NCBI GenBank assembly: GCA_965248445.1
Contig: CBDFJG010000004.1
Span: 480,001 to 544,000, forward strand
From: Planctomycetota bacterium
GTDB lineage: Bacteria; Planctomycetota; JAJSAM01; JAJVHW01
Direction: 5' to 3'
DNA length: 64,000 nt
Shown here: positions 62,812 through 64,000 of the stretch, in pieces
Layout of the letters: each line of letters begins with the position of its first letter
Numbering within the stretch: the first letter of the stretch is position 1
Made by a program: the position numbers and the translations under genes
The notes under the pieces: generated by a model
Told to the model about the DNA's origin: nothing
What the model saw: the letters and a program-made list of their open reading frames with translations, nothing else
Databases searched by the model: none

Positions 62812-63450
62812 ATGCCGGCCCACTCGGAACGGGAGCTCGCGGCGGTGCAGGCCGCGCTCCAGCGCTGGGACATGCTGCTCGTGACCGATCGGCAGCTGCC
62901 CGCGGTGACGACGATCGTGGCCGGAGAACCCGTGCGCGGCTCGTGGTGGGGTCACGCCAAGGGTCACGCGATCTACGACCTCCTGCGCGTGCTGTACGAC
63001 GATCCGGACGTATTCCCGGTGAAGCTCGTGCACGGCAAGATCACCCTCGTGCGGCGGCCGCTGTTCGCCGCGCTCCGGGCAGTCGCCGAGGCGGACGACC
63101 CCTGGCAGACTGACGGGCTCTCACCGCTCGCACTCTGGATGCGTGACGCGGTCGCGCGGGAAGGGCGCGTTCGCGTCGACGCGCTCTCCCCACCGGCGCG
63201 GCTCGAGGGCGACACGAAGAAGGCCGCGCGGGAACTCGAGCAGCGTCTCCTCGTCGCCGCCGGACAGATCCACACGGAGTCGGGCCACCACGTGCGCGTG
63301 CTCGAGCCGCTCGCCGACGCGTTCGATCGCGCCGGTGCACCGCGCGGGGCAATGACGCCGCAGCAGGGGCGCCTGCGCTCCGTGGGCGCAGAGTGGGCGA
63401 TCGAGACAGGCGCGGCCACCCGCTTCCCCTGGATGAGCCGACGAGCCTGA
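62812..63450 (+). CDS. Hypothetical protein (possibly AlkZ-like winged helix)
   Basis: GSWWGH, KLVHGKITLV, ELEQRLLV, HTESGHH. Confidence 0.55.
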   Translation: MPAHSERELAAVQAALQRWDMLLVTDRQLPAVTTIVAGEPVRGSWWGHAKGHAIYDLLRVLYDDPDVFPVKLVHGKITLVRRPLFAALRAVAEADDPWQTDGLSPLALWMRDAVAREGRVRVDALSPPARLEGDTKKAARELEQRLLVAAGQIHTESGHHVRVLEPLADAFDRAGAPRGAMTPQQGRLRSVGAEWAIETGAATRFPWMSRRA

Positions 63451-63495
63451 CCGACCAACGGCGGACGTTGTGGGCGTTGGGCCATGACCCGGAGA

Positions 63496-63999
63496 CTACA
63501 CCTCTCGGCGCCGGTAGATGATCCGAGCCGTGCGACCGAACGTGACGTAGTTCCATGCCCATTGGAAGAGCACCAGGACGCGGTTGGAGAAGGTGACCAG
63601 CCAGATCAGGTGGACGAAGAGCCAGGCGAGCCATGCGGGAAAGCCGCGTAGACGGATCCACCTCAGGTCGGCGACGCCAGCCATGCGACCGATCGCGGCC
63701 ATGTCGCCCAGGTCGCGGTACCGGAAGCTCGGTGCTGGCAGGGCGCGCAGGCGCCTGCGCATCACACGCGCCGCGTGTCTCCCCTGCTGGATCGCGACGG
63801 GCGCCACTCCCGGGAGAGGTGTTCCGTCTGCACCGACGCAGCGCGCCAGGTCTCCGAGTACGAACACCTCGGGGTGACTCGCGAGCGTCAGATCGGGCTC
63901 GACGGGGACACGGCCGAGTGGATCGACGTCAGCGCCTGCTGCGGCAGCGAGGGCGGCCCCGAGCGGCGACGCGCAGACGCCCGCGGCCCAGAGAACGGT
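63496..63999 (-). CDS. ndh: Type II NADH dehydrogenase family protein (5'-partial)
   Basis: VLWAAGV, VFVLGDLA, PGVAPVAIQQG, FRYRDLGDMAAIGR, AWLAWLFVHL. Confidence 0.88.
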   Translation of the reverse strand, partial: TVLWAAGVCASPLGAALAAAAGADVDPLGRVPVEPDLTLASHPEVFVLGDLARCVGADGTPLPGVAPVAIQQGRHAARVMRRRLRALPAPSFRYRDLGDMAAIGRMAGVADLRWIRLRGFPAWLAWLFVHLIWLVTFSNRVLVLFQWAWNYVTFGRTARIIYRRREV

Positions 64000-64000
64000 G

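Overview
High-GC bacterial DNA. It is probably Planctomycetota, inferred from HEAT-repeat proteins, an HzsA-like protein, a planctomycete-type sigma region 2, several Ser/Thr kinases and a prepilin-type gene. Bases 1 to ~14315 are part of a tailed prophage: tail genes, an inverted toxin-antitoxin-like moron, a holin-like cassette, and a recombination module (RusA, PD-(D/E)XK nuclease, SpoU methylase, Bet/RecT, AAA ATPase, HNH). The phage ends abruptly, with no integrase or att site, against a 5'-truncated coiled-coil gene. Next come a volactin-like actin gene, a RAYT/Y1 transposase between perfect 36-bp inverted repeats, and about 35 kb of mixed genes. The best candidate for an undescribed system is at 50.7-61.7 kb. 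Three dispersed copies of a gene 3' end encode the identical peptide YINRIADGLGVDLEPEM with only synonymous differences. Each lies at a fixed distance (85 and/or 62 bp) from an arm-like GGCACAC repeat. They delimit integrase-less cassettes, one carrying a type III PKS cluster, resembling a tandem att-site array. Other notable items are the bacterial volactin-like operon, a sigma region-2 protein fused to 33 EEARLA repeats, a holin-lipoprotein fusion and a possible structured RNA at ~39.9 kb. Several single-base disruptions may be assembly errors. All family calls come from motif recognition by eye; no searches were run.
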